64,000 bases of DNA from NCBI RefSeq assembly GCF_009914755.1, contig NC_060926.1. The stretch is one strand, 5' to 3'. Source of the stretch: the human T2T-CHM13v2.0 reference genome, Homo sapiens. Shown here piece by piece: positions 15,560 to 28,400 of this stretch. A model generated the notes under the pieces. It searched no databases. It saw nothing but the letters and a program-made list of their open reading frames with translations, and was not told the origin of the DNA. Each line of letters starts with the position of its first letter. The first letter of the stretch is position 1. The position numbers and the translations under genes were made by a program.

Positions 15560-17435
15560 TCTTTATAGGCCTCTCAAATATTTATCAGATTATATCAGAT
15601 CTTCTCCAGTTACCTCTCAAATAATCCTAATTATTATGATCAGTCAGCCTTCTGTCTACCACTTGTTTCCTGTTTTTCACAGTCATCTTTATTGCCAATT
15701 ATGCTCCAAATGTTTGAGTAGCATTTCTTATCATCAGTATGGAAATGTAGAAAGTGGCCACTGAGCTTCTCAGGAATGTGTGCATACTTTTCATCAGCAC
15801 TGGGGTAAAATGAGTATTCTCTAGTCCCTCTCATGGGATATACTCAACTGGTGGGTTTTCCAGTCTTATGTTGTTTATCCATACCAGCATTCCTACTTCC
15901 ATTTTTTCCATTTTATGCCATATCAGTTTTGGCATTTCAATTTTACTTTGTTTGGGTATCACCTTTCTCAAACTTCCAAAAACAGTATGTCAATTTCATT
16001 TCCTAGCACATTGCCAAGATGTTAAATCCTGTATTATGAGAGAGTGCTCTCATATCCACAAACTCTTCTTCTTTCAATTTTGCATTCTCTTATCTTCTCC
16101 CCTTAGTCCAGCCTCCTCAGTATCTAACCCTAATTCTAACAGTAAATGTTGGCTGAGCCCAGCAGCAAATTCTAGGTATAATCTCCTACTTATGGTACAC
16201 CCTGCACTTTCCAGCTTGGTTATCTTCTAATTTAGTTTCGATTATTGAACTTGCAGACTGAAGGGTGTTAGTGTGGGTAAATTCTAATGGGGGTTTATAG
16301 TTTCTTGCAAAACAGCAACCTATACATTGATTTCAAGCAAGAAAGGCACTCTAGCAATTAACAGAGAGTAGTGGGCCTTTAATATGGGCCTAGAGTCTTC
16401 ACAAGTATCTGAGCATTCAATAGTTTGAATTGCATTTACCCAGATAACCCTATAATATGCCTTTGAGTCCCAATTTACATAATCAGAACCCTGGTTTTAG
16501 TAAGGTAGGCATTCATTCCAAGTTTGAGAATTCAACCCTCTTGATAGTTTTGCTGCTACTATTATTCTTAAATCCTGGGCTTGATTCTGTGTTTTGTCTG
16601 CTCATCAACTGCGGTAAAAGAGAATTTCAGTAGAACTAACCAAGGAGGCCCTCTAGTTTTCGCTCTTAGCTTTTAATTGGTGACTAACTACCCTTAGCCT
16701 TTTCTTTATCGAATACATCGTAAGTCCTAGTAAGAACCATTCAACTCCACTTTCCTAATGATAATTACTTCCCCAGAATTTCTTAAACACCTGAAATATG
16801 CCCCCATTAGTGTATATGCCCAATATTACTTTAGCGCAATGGAAAGCTTAATGATTACATTGCCAGAGCATGCAAGACGCTAACAGTGTTACACATTCTA
16901 CCAGTGATGGAGTTTTCATTGCTTGCAGTATGGTGGTTAATCTAGCTCCAAATTTGCGCTTTCAAGTAGGCTTCCTCAGTGATTTTTGGCATCACCTGTC
17001 TAAGGTAAATTTCTCTAAGAAAAACCTGAAGCTGAGATTTGTGTGAAAAAAATATTAAGTAAGGAATGCTTCTGGGATCAACAACAGTAGGAGAATGAAA
17101 GAAGTAGGACAGAGCAGAGGGATGTTGAACCGTGATGAAGTCACCACAAATCCTTCAGATGGTTCTGTGGGGAATTCTGGAGTGGAACACACCTACAAAA
17201 TTCTTTACTTAAAGCAAGGGAGGCAAGCCCTTTAATTCCTACATTGACCCATCAGTGGATGTAGGCTGCTTCTCATAAAGGTGGTGTAACCCTGGCCAAG
17301 TCAGCTTTCTTTTGCAGAGTACAGTTACCAGAGAGGGACTTGGTTGACATTTTTATGCTGCCAACGTCTCCAGAAGCTTGGAAAATAAGCAACTCAGTCC
17401 TGAAGTGGAGAGTGGCATCTCTGTGTTACCCCACA
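15560..17435 (-). mobile_element. ERVL remnant: LTR33-like LTR (16997-17435) plus adjacent decayed internal sequence
   Basis: LTR33-like text (gcagagggatgttgaaccgtgatg, cattgacccatcagtggatgtaggctgc, ctcagtcctgaag); internal boundary uncertain. Confidence 0.55.
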
Positions 17436-17959
17436 CTCATTATGTTGCTTACACCAACAAATGAAGATGTGATTGTAGGACCTCCCTCACAGGCTTCAGT
17501 GAGCTAGATGATTTTTTTTTTTTTTTTGGCAGGGGGAAGGATGGCTTCTTGGCCCCTAAACAGATGACTTCTTTTCGTAGGGACTCAGGCTCAGCCCTAC
17601 TTAAAGACAAGGTGAATAACTCAAGAGTATTTCTAGTGAGATAATTGGCTGTCTCCCCTGTGCCCCCGACCCTGCTAGTTTTGTTATTGACCTCATTCCA
17701 GAGATTGCAATTAATCAGTGATGTTTCTTCTGATGACTGGTATAGATAGTGACTTTCCTAAGTGGCAACTCAGAACTTTTTATTCTGAGTGACCTAAAAG
17801 GTAATAATGCGAGCTTGAGAAATATAGCCTGCATTGTTGTGGCCCTGAGCATTTGCTCCCATAAATAATACATGATACAGTCTTCCACATGGACTGTAAA
17901 TTATTAAATGATGTGTGATACTTCTGAATTTAAATAGCACTGCTATCTAGATGCAATAG

Positions 17960-17966
<7 letters not shown>

Positions 17967-17996
<30 letters not shown>
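17967..17996. repeat. (CA)n microsatellite
   Basis: About 15 CA units. Confidence 0.95.
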
Positions 17997-17998
<2 letters not shown>

Positions 17999-18150
17999 CA
18001 CTTCCCTGATAACAAGTAATGTCTGCAGTAGGAGACAGTGTGGTAGTAGAGGAGCTAAGATTTTTTAAATGTTCTATTTAATTTTGTGAGGAACTTTTTA
18101 AAAAGTGAAAGTTCATTAAATGGAATGTTACCATTTGTAATTTTACTGGC

Positions 18151-18307
18151 ACTTCCTGTCTGTGCAGTGGAAATTAATGCCCATTTTCATGTTCATATAG
18201 GGATCAGTATCTTAAACTAGACCTGGAAAACACGTGTTGTACTACATGCCAATGTTTCATATTAGTTCTGCCTTAGTGGGCAGTAATTAGGTCATGCCTA
18301 ATTACTG
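18151..18307. promoter_or_regulatory. Candidate enhancer motif cluster (ETS, E-box, RORE/homeodomain palindrome)
   Basis: ACTTCCTGT 18151-18159, CACGTG 18231-18236, TAATTAGGTCA 18284-18294, CAGTAATTAGG-N5-CCTAATTACTG 18281-18307; no recognisable repeat. Confidence 0.35.
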
Positions 18308-19584
18308 AATTTTTTTTCCATTCTCGTTCTTTTGCCTCCATTAAACCCACACATTTTTTCTTATGTCTGCCCCTTTATTCTCCCTTTTCTCAATACTCTA
18401 TTTTCCCATTCACCTTAATGGATTGATTAACAGGTAATAGTACACAACAAATTTGTTATCACTGATAATTTTATTTATTGCATATAAAATATTCTTGGCA
18501 ATCCAATTTTTTAATCTTGTGGGCTATACTCACCAAGTTCATTACTAAACACAAACCTTATGAAATTATAAAAAGTGAAAGTGCAATAGCTGCCTTTTAA
18601 TTTTTTCATTCTTTTACCAAACTGCTGAATTTGGATGAAAATTCAATATACTATAATTGTGAAACATGTGGAATATTTTCTCACCTGAGGGATATTTGTA
18701 TATTCTATAACCGTCATCCACTGAGGTAACAACAAGAAAGAAATTATTTAGGTTCTCTAATGTATACTTTCATATTTTTTACTTGATTGTCCCAAATTCC
18801 TATACTCTTTCCTAGCAAATTGTACCACTCATTGTTTTATTCATATATTATACCTATGAGCATTTCACACCTTACTGATTCTTCCTTTACTCAATTTTCC
18901 TTCACTCTTTTTTTTTCCTAAAGAAAACTTACTTAGTCTGTGAGAGTAATCTCTTATGTCACCTCCTGCCAGATGGAAACCTAATTATCCTTTTCTCTGT
19001 GCTTTTACAACTATTTTCTGGTGTTTACCCAATATAGCAGTCATTAAATTTTATTTTCTTAAATGTGTTCCTTTACCTGTGTAACTTGAGAACAAAGAAT
19101 GGGTCCTTCCATCACCACATTTGTTACAGTATTTTGTGAAATTTTTTGACCAATGGCATTTTGGTTTCAATCAGGGATGGAAAGTGATGGGAATGGAAAA
19201 CCCCATTGGAATGATGCTTCTATTTAGAGCAGTGCATTGTATACTGGAGGAAATAGTATACTGGAGTGGTAGAGCAAATGGGAAAGCCCCAGACTTGGGA
19301 TCAGGAGAAGTTGCTTGCAATAGTTTCCCTAATATTCTCACATTGCATACTTCTGGGTTTGCTACTTGAGTCCTTTGAGCCTCATTTTCTTTATCTGCTG
19401 AACATAAATAGAAATCCCCATGTCATCTTTATGCTTTATAAAGTTATGACTTAGATGTAGCAATTATAAAGTGAAAGCCACAAGTAAAGTGCATGAGAAG
19501 AAACTATATAATGGCTCAGAGCACAGTCTTCAGAGACATACCTGTTTATATCCATTCTCTGTCATCTATGTTAGGCAATGACTT

Positions 19585-20087
19585 TAGTCACTTCCTCCCC
19601 GCCCCAGGTGTTGGGATAGTCCACTGGAGCCAACCTGGTCATGGGAAAGAGCTTGGAATCTAAGTCTGCAGGGGTTGGCCTGGGATAGGGGTGGGTCCAA
19701 AGCCAGGGGGATTGAGATCAGTTCTGGTGGTGGGGCAGGCTTGGAGGCTCTGTGGATACCAGCCTGAAGCCTGGGGCTGTGGGATAGACCCAGTGTTGGG
19801 ATCTGAGGCAAAGCCTGGTGCTCAGTTTCCTCTCCATCCCCAAGCAGAGAGTACCTTCTCTCTGAGCTGTGCCACTTGGAGTCTGGGGAGCGTAACATGG
19901 ATAACGTAAAAGTGTTCTTCCTATCCTTCTCTATGCATCTTCTCTTATTTCTGTGCTATACTCAAGTGCTGTAATCTCACACTTTTTGTGAAAGTATTTT
20001 CCTGTGTGGATAGTTGTTCAAGCTGATGTGGCTTTTTTGGGTGGCGGCAAATTGAGTACTGGAGAGTCCTCTTCCACCATCTTGCTC
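19585..20087 (-). mobile_element. L1M-type 5' terminal/5'UTR fragment within MIR-like sequence
   Basis: Ends in ccttccaccatcttgctc (decayed L1 5' YY1 motif) preceded by gtgtggatagttgttcaa, typical of old L1 5' ends. Confidence 0.6.
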
Positions 20088-21307
20088 TTTAAATGGCCTT
20101 AAGCATTTTTATTAGCTCCACTGAATTCTAGTTTTTCTCAATATAGGGACAATATGCTCATCATAGATTGTTCTAAGTATTAAATAAGACAATACATGCA
20201 GAGCACTTACTGAAGTGCTAGTATATAGTAGTGCTCAATAAATGACAGTGGTGGTTGAAGCAGGTAGTATTGGTGGGCTGTGATTTCAGATGACATTTGG
20301 CTTGGAGTAAATAATACAGGGATGCCAACAAGTGACAAGAAACACCTTATTTATATTAGCGCATATATAAAGTATCCACGTTTCAGTCATAGTCATGTTT
20401 ATGTAAAACACCTCTTTTTGCCTTTATCTTTTAAGTAAAACTAAACTTTTATTAAATGAAAGCATGCAAAGCAAAACTAATATCCATAAAGTATATTTTT
20501 AAAACAAAAATTTAAAATGATAATTAGGTACATTTTCACAAATCATGAAATATTATCAAACTTCCTCAAATTATCTGTTTTAATTTAAAGAGTGAAACCT
20601 TTGGCTTGTCTCACTTATCATTTCACTTCATATAAACATTCCGAGGTTTCATTTCTGAAGCGTTCTTCATAAATGAGGCCTCTCTACTATCAATGATTGA
20701 TCTCAAAGCAGAGAAACAGGAGAGTGGTAGAAAATTATAGTGCCTATCTTATGTGGCCACCCGTTAGAGTTGCCCTTAAGTTTTCTTGTATTTTGAACTA
20801 ACATCAAAAATGGAAAGGTGTGCATTATATCTGAATTTGCTTCAGCATCAGCCTCATAAATCCTGCACTTCTCTTTGCCCAATGAGAAAACAAAGACTAT
20901 ACATTGGAGGAATGTGTTGGTGAAAGTCTTCGTAGAAAGTAGGTTACTTTATAAGTTAGAGCCAAGGATCTTGACAAATCTTTTTCTTAACTTCTTGTTT
21001 TACTTAATATGATAAACCAAGAACATATGCTGATACCCTTGGCATTTTATAACTTGCTACCATGTTCATAACCACTCAGAGAAATTAACAAAAAATAAAA
21101 CCATTGTACCTTATACACTAAGGAATACCAACTTACAGATTCCTATTCAGATTATAAAAGGTGGAATAGCTAGAAGTCAGTGGATCAATACAGGGCAGTT
21201 TAAGGCACAATACCACCCCAGTGAAAGAGATGATTTGGGGCAAGATGTGTTTTTCAATAATTCTTAATTAGATGCTCTGTAGGAAATTACATTTTTACTT
21301 ATAATTA

Positions 21308-21591
21308 CTTTCTTTTTCTTTTTTTGAAAGTCTCACTCTGTTGCCCAGGCTGGAGTGCAGTGGTGCAATCATAGCTTACTGCAGCCTCAAACTCCTGAGC
21401 TCAAGTGAACCCCTATAGCTGGGACTACAGGCATGTGCCATCACACTGGCTATTTTTTTTTTTTTTTTTTTGGTAAAGACTGTGTCTCACTATATTGCCT
21501 AGACTGGTCTCAAAATCCTGGACCCAAGTGGTCCTCCCATCTGGCCCTTCCAAACTGCTGAGATTACATGTGAAAGCCATGGTGCCTGGCC
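21308..21591 (-). mobile_element. AluJ-type SINE
   Basis: tctcactctgttgcccaggctggagtgcagtggtgcaatcatagcttactgcagcctc...gccatggtgcctggcc. Confidence 0.9.
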
Positions 21592-22627
21592 TATGGCATT
21601 TTTTCATATGATGCTATCATCAGAGCAAGAATGTAACAAAAACACCATTACTTTCCTAGGTAGAAAAATTTTGGTATAAATGATTGTGAGTTGTAAACGT
21701 AGGCTGGTGCATGTGTCATATCACCAGTTTCACCAGATGGTACATAGCTAAGGCTATGCACCATCTTCAGATATGCCTACCTCCAAAAGAGAAGAGGGTC
21801 AGTATGAAGGTCGATCATGGGGATAACTGATTTTTGTAGGTTGTGTAATATCATATGTGGCCCTGGATATGTTTAGATTACCACATGGGACTTAGAGTTG
21901 TATTTTAGCCTCCAAGATATTTTTAAATTTTAACTTTTCTCAGACTCTTAAGGAAGAATCATGTCAATTTACCTGTAACTTCACAAATTAAAGGCACTCT
22001 TTGGACATATTCATGAAGCTGACCTTATATAAATCTATATTTCCATAATTATATATTAGAAAATAAATTGAGTATTTTCTACTGGGTTATGCATTTTGAT
22101 TTTAACTGAAGTAGCAGAAGGTAATCTGAAATTGTATTAAAATGCTTAGGGACATTAGTGGGTTGAAATGACAATAAAATGCTTAAAAATAATAGTGTAT
22201 TTACCATCTTCTTTTCTTAATTCACCTTCTGCTATTGGCCTAGGGTGTTATAAATACAGCATCCATTGAAGCTGAAATAATACTTTATAACTCCTGTTTT
22301 GTCATGATTGAGGCATAGGCTGAACACATAAATGATAGTCAGTACCAAGTATACATTAGATGCCTTGCATTTTCATTTAAATAAAATTTGAACTGAATTT
22401 TGCTAAATTATTTTCCTTTTATTTGCAAAGCTGGAGGTAATTACTTGGAATTATTTGCTGTTTTGGGGTAGTATTGGTGTCTTAATCCTGATTTCCTATA
22501 CTTTGCTTCTAAAACAGAGGTTAGGGGTGAACTGGATCTTTTCTGTCTTCAGTTTTTCTCTTCTTTCTTTTGGATTGCACACACAATTATGTTCAGTAAG
22601 AATTTTGGACAGTTTAAAAACGTGAAT

Positions 22628-23195
22628 ACACAGGAAATGTCAACTCTGCAGACCCAGGTTGCTCAAAGTGCATATCCCAAAAAAGGCCTGTTTTCAGGGC
22701 TGGCTTTTGACTTAACTCCTGGAAACTGAGCTCCTGAAGTGTTTTATTTGATGAGTGCTTTTGTAAGCCTAAGGCTTTGAACCACAGTATCTAGTATTTC
22801 CAGATAGTTTTTGCTAACAATATTATATATGGTGAGCACCTGCTTTTTCTTTGGTGTTCCGGAGCTTAAGTAACTGAGGTCAGTTCCACTGGTGCTGCAT
22901 GCCTACAGGGCTGACCCTCAGTAAAAGTCCTGGACATCTAGACTAGGGAGAGCTTCCTAGGTTGAAAACATTTTGCGTGTGTTGTCACACATTATTGCTG
23001 GGAGAATTAAATGTGATCTATATGACTCAACTAGAAGGGGACACTTACAACTGGTTTCCTGCAGACTTTGCCGCAGCACCTTTTCCCTTTGCTCATTTTC
23101 ATCTGCATTCTTTTCCTCTCATAGGCAGTAAATAGGAGTATAACACTTCTAGGATATCATCTAACCTCAGGGTGGTCTTGGGGACCCCTGACACA
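22628..23195 (+). mobile_element. ERVL-class LTR, MER21/MER68/MER77-like
   Basis: aaaggcctgttttcagggctggc...cacacattattgctgggagaattaa...gggtggtcttgggacccctgacaca. Confidence 0.7.
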
Positions 23196-23351
23196 GCGGG
23201 CTATTCTCCAGTTTCAGCTGTAGCAGTGCAAATATAATTTGGGCATCACAGGCTATCAGTTTTAGATTTCCAGTCTTTTATGCCATCTATTCCTCTTCTT
23301 GTCCTCTTATCATAAATCAGATAAGCCTCGTCTCAGCTCCTTACTTTTTCC

Positions 23352-23459
23352 TCTATTCTATTCTATTCTATTCTAAATTCTATTCCACTCCACTCCACTC
23401 CACTCCTCTCCTCTCCTCTTTTCACCTCTCCTCTCCTCTTCTCACCTCTCCTCTCCTCT
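23352..23459. repeat. Compound pentamer repeat (TTCTA)n(CTCCA)n(CTCCT)n
   Basis: Direct reading; pyrimidine-rich strand. Confidence 0.9.
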
Positions 23460-24879
23460 AGTGAAATCAATGAGGTCTACAAAAATAATTGTGAGAAGAA
23501 AATATTGGAATCAATGAAATACCCCAAATTGGTCATTGTTAATAATTTCCACTTTTGTCCCTCAATTCATTCTTGCCATTCTCTCTTCTGGCTCTCTCTC
23601 CCCACCAAATCAAACTGAAATCCCTTTGCTTGGCTTCAAGACAACAAAAATCTAGTTTTCCATCATCCAATCTATTTTATTTAACACTACTTTGCAATTA
23701 TAACTTCTTCTTTTGTATAAGCTTAGTTTGTCCACTTTACTATTCCCACACTATATTCATTTATTTAGCTCAATTATACACTCAGCTACTCTCTTAATAA
23801 AAAACTCACTTATTTGGTAAATGGGTGTGCCATACACAGAGTTAGACATTATAAATATACAAATAAAAACACAGATATCTTGCTTTTATGGAGTTTACAG
23901 ACCTTCGATAAATGCACAAATAATTAACTCCTTATAATTATGAGAATGTTTTCAAGGAGAAGCATATCTTTGCTTAAATCTCCTCATCTACACTTGTATT
24001 ATTTGTTTTACTATTATGCAACATCCTCCTACCTACAACAATGGAATAACTATAAATAGATGTGACATTTGAAATTATTCTAAGAAATACTAGAAAATTT
24101 CTATACTTTGGCAGTATAACTTAGAATGAGTTCTCATATACCCATCAAAGTGGGAGCTAAAGGTAATCTCTTTTAAAGAGACACAAATCTTTTCAGGCAT
24201 ATTCTGCATTGTGAGATATCTCTTCCCAATTTTTTCCCCTATCACATTAAATAGAACCTAGACAATACCCCTCACCCAATGGCCCTCTTTGAAATAAGAG
24301 TATGAGCCACAATTTTTTGCTCCATATGTATTAACTAAAGAAAATTAAGATGTAGTTTATAATTTTTTTTACCACAGATTTTGAAGCAAAGTGGGATCTT
24401 ATTGTTTGTGTGTGTGTTTCTACTTTTTGTTCTTTTTTGTTTTTATTTTCTGAACATTTATTGTTTTGCTGCTTGTCATATTATTAGTGCTTACACTTAA
24501 CGACATTTTACTTTCTGTATAAGATCAATGTTATTGTATGTGTATAATTCAGCAACTCAAATTCTGCTATAAATACACATGCACACATATGTATACACAC
24601 ATACTCACACACTGATACCATAAGTTTAAACAATTATTTCTTGTCTAGCTATAAGAGGACCAATGCAACTAGTTCATCATATCCCTTATTTGCTCCCCAA
24701 ATTCTGTATATTTTAAATATTTCCAGGAATTAGGAAGTTGGCTAGCCCTTTGTATTTTGTCAATCTCTCTGTGTAGTCTAATGTAAGTTTTTGTGTAATA
24801 CAAAGATAAGGTAAGTTAGAGTTCAATTGCAAATTCAGATTAGGACTCTCAACCCTAATATATCATTACTTAAAAGAAC

Positions 24880-24881
24880 TT

Positions 24882-24916
<35 letters not shown>

Positions 24917-25022
24917 TGAATATATATATTCAATATATATATATATTTATTGAATATATATATTCAATATATATATATATATTGAATATATATATTCAAT
25001 ATATATATATATATTTGTTGAA
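24880..25022. repeat. AT-rich palindromic minisatellite on a (TA)n backbone
   Basis: Three perfect TTGAATATATATATTCAA palindromes at 24916, 24950 and 24982 separated by TA runs. Confidence 0.93.
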
Positions 25023-25099
25023 CACTTCCAAAAAGAGTAAAATAGCAACTGTAAAAGGAAGAGACTTGATACAGTTCATGTGCTTATTTTTAAAAATTC

Positions 25100-26100
25100 A
25101 TTTGCAATATGAGTAGGGCACCATAATCTAAATTTTACAGATGAGGAAACTGGGACTGCCCTCTGTGACACTGAATAATAAGTCCAGGGTCACAGCAAAA
25201 GTAATTAGAATAGATCGAGGCCACTAACTCCAATATTAGTGCCCCTTGCATCACAAATTACTCCCACTTGAGGATTCTTTTTACCTTCATGATGGCATTT
25301 TTTTTATTTCCGACTCTGAGTATTTGTTTTCAAATACATATAACTTTAACTTTATTACAGTTTTGAGTAAAAAACTTGTTAATTTCTTATAAAATTTTCT
25401 CAATGCATCAGATAATTCTGTTAGTAAATATTGAGTTGATGATTTAAAATTCTTATTTATATTATCATTTGTTTTAAAAATAATTGGAGATGACTTAAAG
25501 AAACACAGACAATATCTTGAGTGAGCATGAATGGACAGTAATTAATGAGTTATTAATTGATAAAAGAAAATTTACTTGTGAGTGTCCTATTTAAGAAGGT
25601 TGAAATAAATTGAACATCTTTAAAGAAATATAATATTTAATCATATAATTATAGTTCAGTTGTTAAGAATTTGGGAGTTGAATCAGAGAATCCAGATTCA
25701 AATTAGAATATCAATCATTCCATAGCTGAGGGACGTTGAGCAACTCACAAAACATCTGTAACCCTCAGTGGAGTATCTAAAAAAGCGAAATAATAATAGT
25801 ATATTGTGAGGATTCAATGAAATAATGAATGTTAACAACTTAGTCCCCTACCTGGAACATAGTAAGAACTTAATTAAGATTATGTGTTATTTTAAAATTA
25901 TATATAAAATCAACCTGAGTAACAGTATTTGTTATACCTGCTACAAAAACCCATTAAGTGCATTGTCTCTTTTAACCCTTTACAACCACACCATAAAGGA
26001 ATTATTATTAGAGAGGAAAAATCACTCACTAAAGGCTTCATATATGGGGTAATATATGGCAGAGGTGGCTGGTTACTGAAGTCAGGCTTCATAAAATCGT
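25100..26100. mobile_element. MIR fragments
   Basis: attttacagatgaggaaactggg (25132), ttgtgaggattcaatgaaataatg (25804), ggcagaggtgg. Confidence 0.65.
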
Positions 26101-28154
26101 CTTAAATCCTCTTCTCAGCTTCCCCATCATTCATACAGAGGCAATGAAATAACAAATACATAAGTTCATAGTTTTTATTAGTACCCATTTAGATACATAT
26201 AAATTTTCTATTTACCATTGCTAGGTTTACATTAGTGATTATTTCTGGCTAAATTAAGTGCCACATGACAAATGTTAATATTAGTTTGATAACATATTTC
26301 ACTTTACTATATATATCATGGTGGTTTCTATTCACTTTGTGGGGAGCAGGGGTGGGGAGAAGACCCACCTGCAAATAAATGAGGCTGGTGAGAGATTGTG
26401 CCAAATTCTCAAACTTAGAGAACTGTTGTCAAAATGGAACCTGAGACTTGTTACTTTGACATTGTGAAGCACAATCGTGAATGACATTATGAAGCACAAC
26501 AGTGACCCTGGACGATCAAGGTCAGATTTCAGGATCAGCCAGACAATTGCGTTAAGTCCCCTATTTAATATTCTCCAGAGGCAGAAACTGGCTATTGTAC
26601 AAGCTACAAATAAATTATCATTTTAGCAACTCTTCCCGTAAAGTAACTGAAAGATTCAAACGTGATGAGCAAAATTACTCAAATACTATGACCCAATATA
26701 AAATTATTTGGAAAAATTGGTTTTGTTGATTCTGATATTTGATAAAATCAAGAAAACTAATCAATACTTTACTTAATATACATTCTTCTTACTGGTCGTA
26801 TATGAAGGCCCACCAATATCTTCGGGGATTTGGAGATGGATTAGCAAAGTCCAAAATTCAAGGAGGTTGTAGCTTTGTAAGAGATAAATACAATAAACAA
26901 TAACAATACTAGTGTAATAGAGCCAATGATGGGACACTCATATTTGAGTAGAAAGTCATTCTGTGCACAGAATGGTGTAGAGATATCTTATTATGTAGGC
27001 ATAGTGAAAGATGATAATTAAAATTTGGAAGGCAGCAGAGGTATTATCACAAAGGACATTCAGTTCTACGAAAGGTTTTCAGGAATGAAAGTTTCTCAAG
27101 CACTGGTAAGAAATTCTACCTGGTCGGGAGTGAAATACTTAAACTTATGGCAGTGTCACTATAAACATTACAATTGTTGTTCCGATGTCTCTTGTGCTTC
27201 TGATGATCCTATCCAAAGCTAAGTCATATTTCTGACTAACTGAAACTCTATCTTTGCTTCTCTCACTCAAATTAAAATATCTCAATGTAAGTGAGAAATG
27301 TGAATCTACCCTACTTCATTTAAAAATAGGTAATATACCCACAAGCAGAGGATATTTGGTAATATATCATTTCAATCTCATTCATGGACATTTAGTACCT
27401 CAGTCTATTAATATTGCCAATGATACCACTATGCAGAGAGTTTGCCTCAGTTGATATGTTCAGGGACAGAGATGAACATGAGGAGTGGCTATTTGTGCTG
27501 GTTTTCTGAACTTACAGCCTTCAAACCTTCTAAATGGCTCTTCTCTTTAATGTAGGGACTAATGTTTATTTTGCAAGTTGTTCTGCATATCTACAAATTG
27601 TTTTTCTTCCAAGCACACTAACATATTGCTTTCACATCAAAGTTGAATGCAATTCTCAGGTGCACTGTTATGTCCCAGTAGTGGGTCTTAGAAAAGAGAA
27701 ACATATAATTACTCCTATTCTGGTGTAAATTTTCAAAATGATACACAATTAGTGAATTGATCTGGCAAACTCCCCTAAGGAAATCCACTCCTCAGAGTGC
27801 TCATTAGCTCTCCAGGATTCAGCACTGTTTTAGCACCTTTTCTTACTAAATAGCAGCTCCCCTAGGGTAAACTCTAATATGTTTTTCATTCCTAACTTGC
27901 TTTAGCAACAAGATTTGTGTATGATAACCACTGAAAGTCCATCCCATCTCAGCAAGTAGATGCTGACTATGTTACCTTAACCTGTTTATGAAGACTGGGA
28001 CATGACATTTGCTCTTGTAGTTAGGGTACTGCAAATTTCTTCCCTGTGACTGGTCCTCATCCTGTGTGGAAACTTTGTCTTTTCTGTCCTTCTCACTCAC
28101 TCACCGATTTTATTTGTTATCCTGATTTCATTTAACAATAAATATTTGTTAGAT

Positions 28155-28251
28155 CAAGCTTATCCAACCTGCGACCCGTGAGCTGCATGTGACCCAAGAT
28201 GGCTTTGAACGCAGCCCAACACAAATTTGTAAACTTTGTAAAACATTATAA

Positions 28252-28296
<45 letters not shown>

Positions 28297-28400
28297 TAGC
28301 TCATTAGCTATCGTTAATGTTAGTATATTTTATGTGTGGCCCAAGACATTTCTTCTTTTTCCAATGTGGCCCGGAGAAGCCAAAAGATTGGACACTCTTG
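28155..28400. mobile_element. MER30 hAT DNA transposon with internal (TG)n
   Basis: caagcttatccaacctgcgacccg...gcagcccaacacaaatttgtaaact...gaagccaaaagattggacactcttg; degenerate 8-bp TSD tgttagat/tgtgaaat; (TG)n at ~28255-28294. Confidence 0.88.

Noticed and set aside
24916-25116. Ile/Tyr-rich ORF
   Set aside because: Translation of a TA microsatellite
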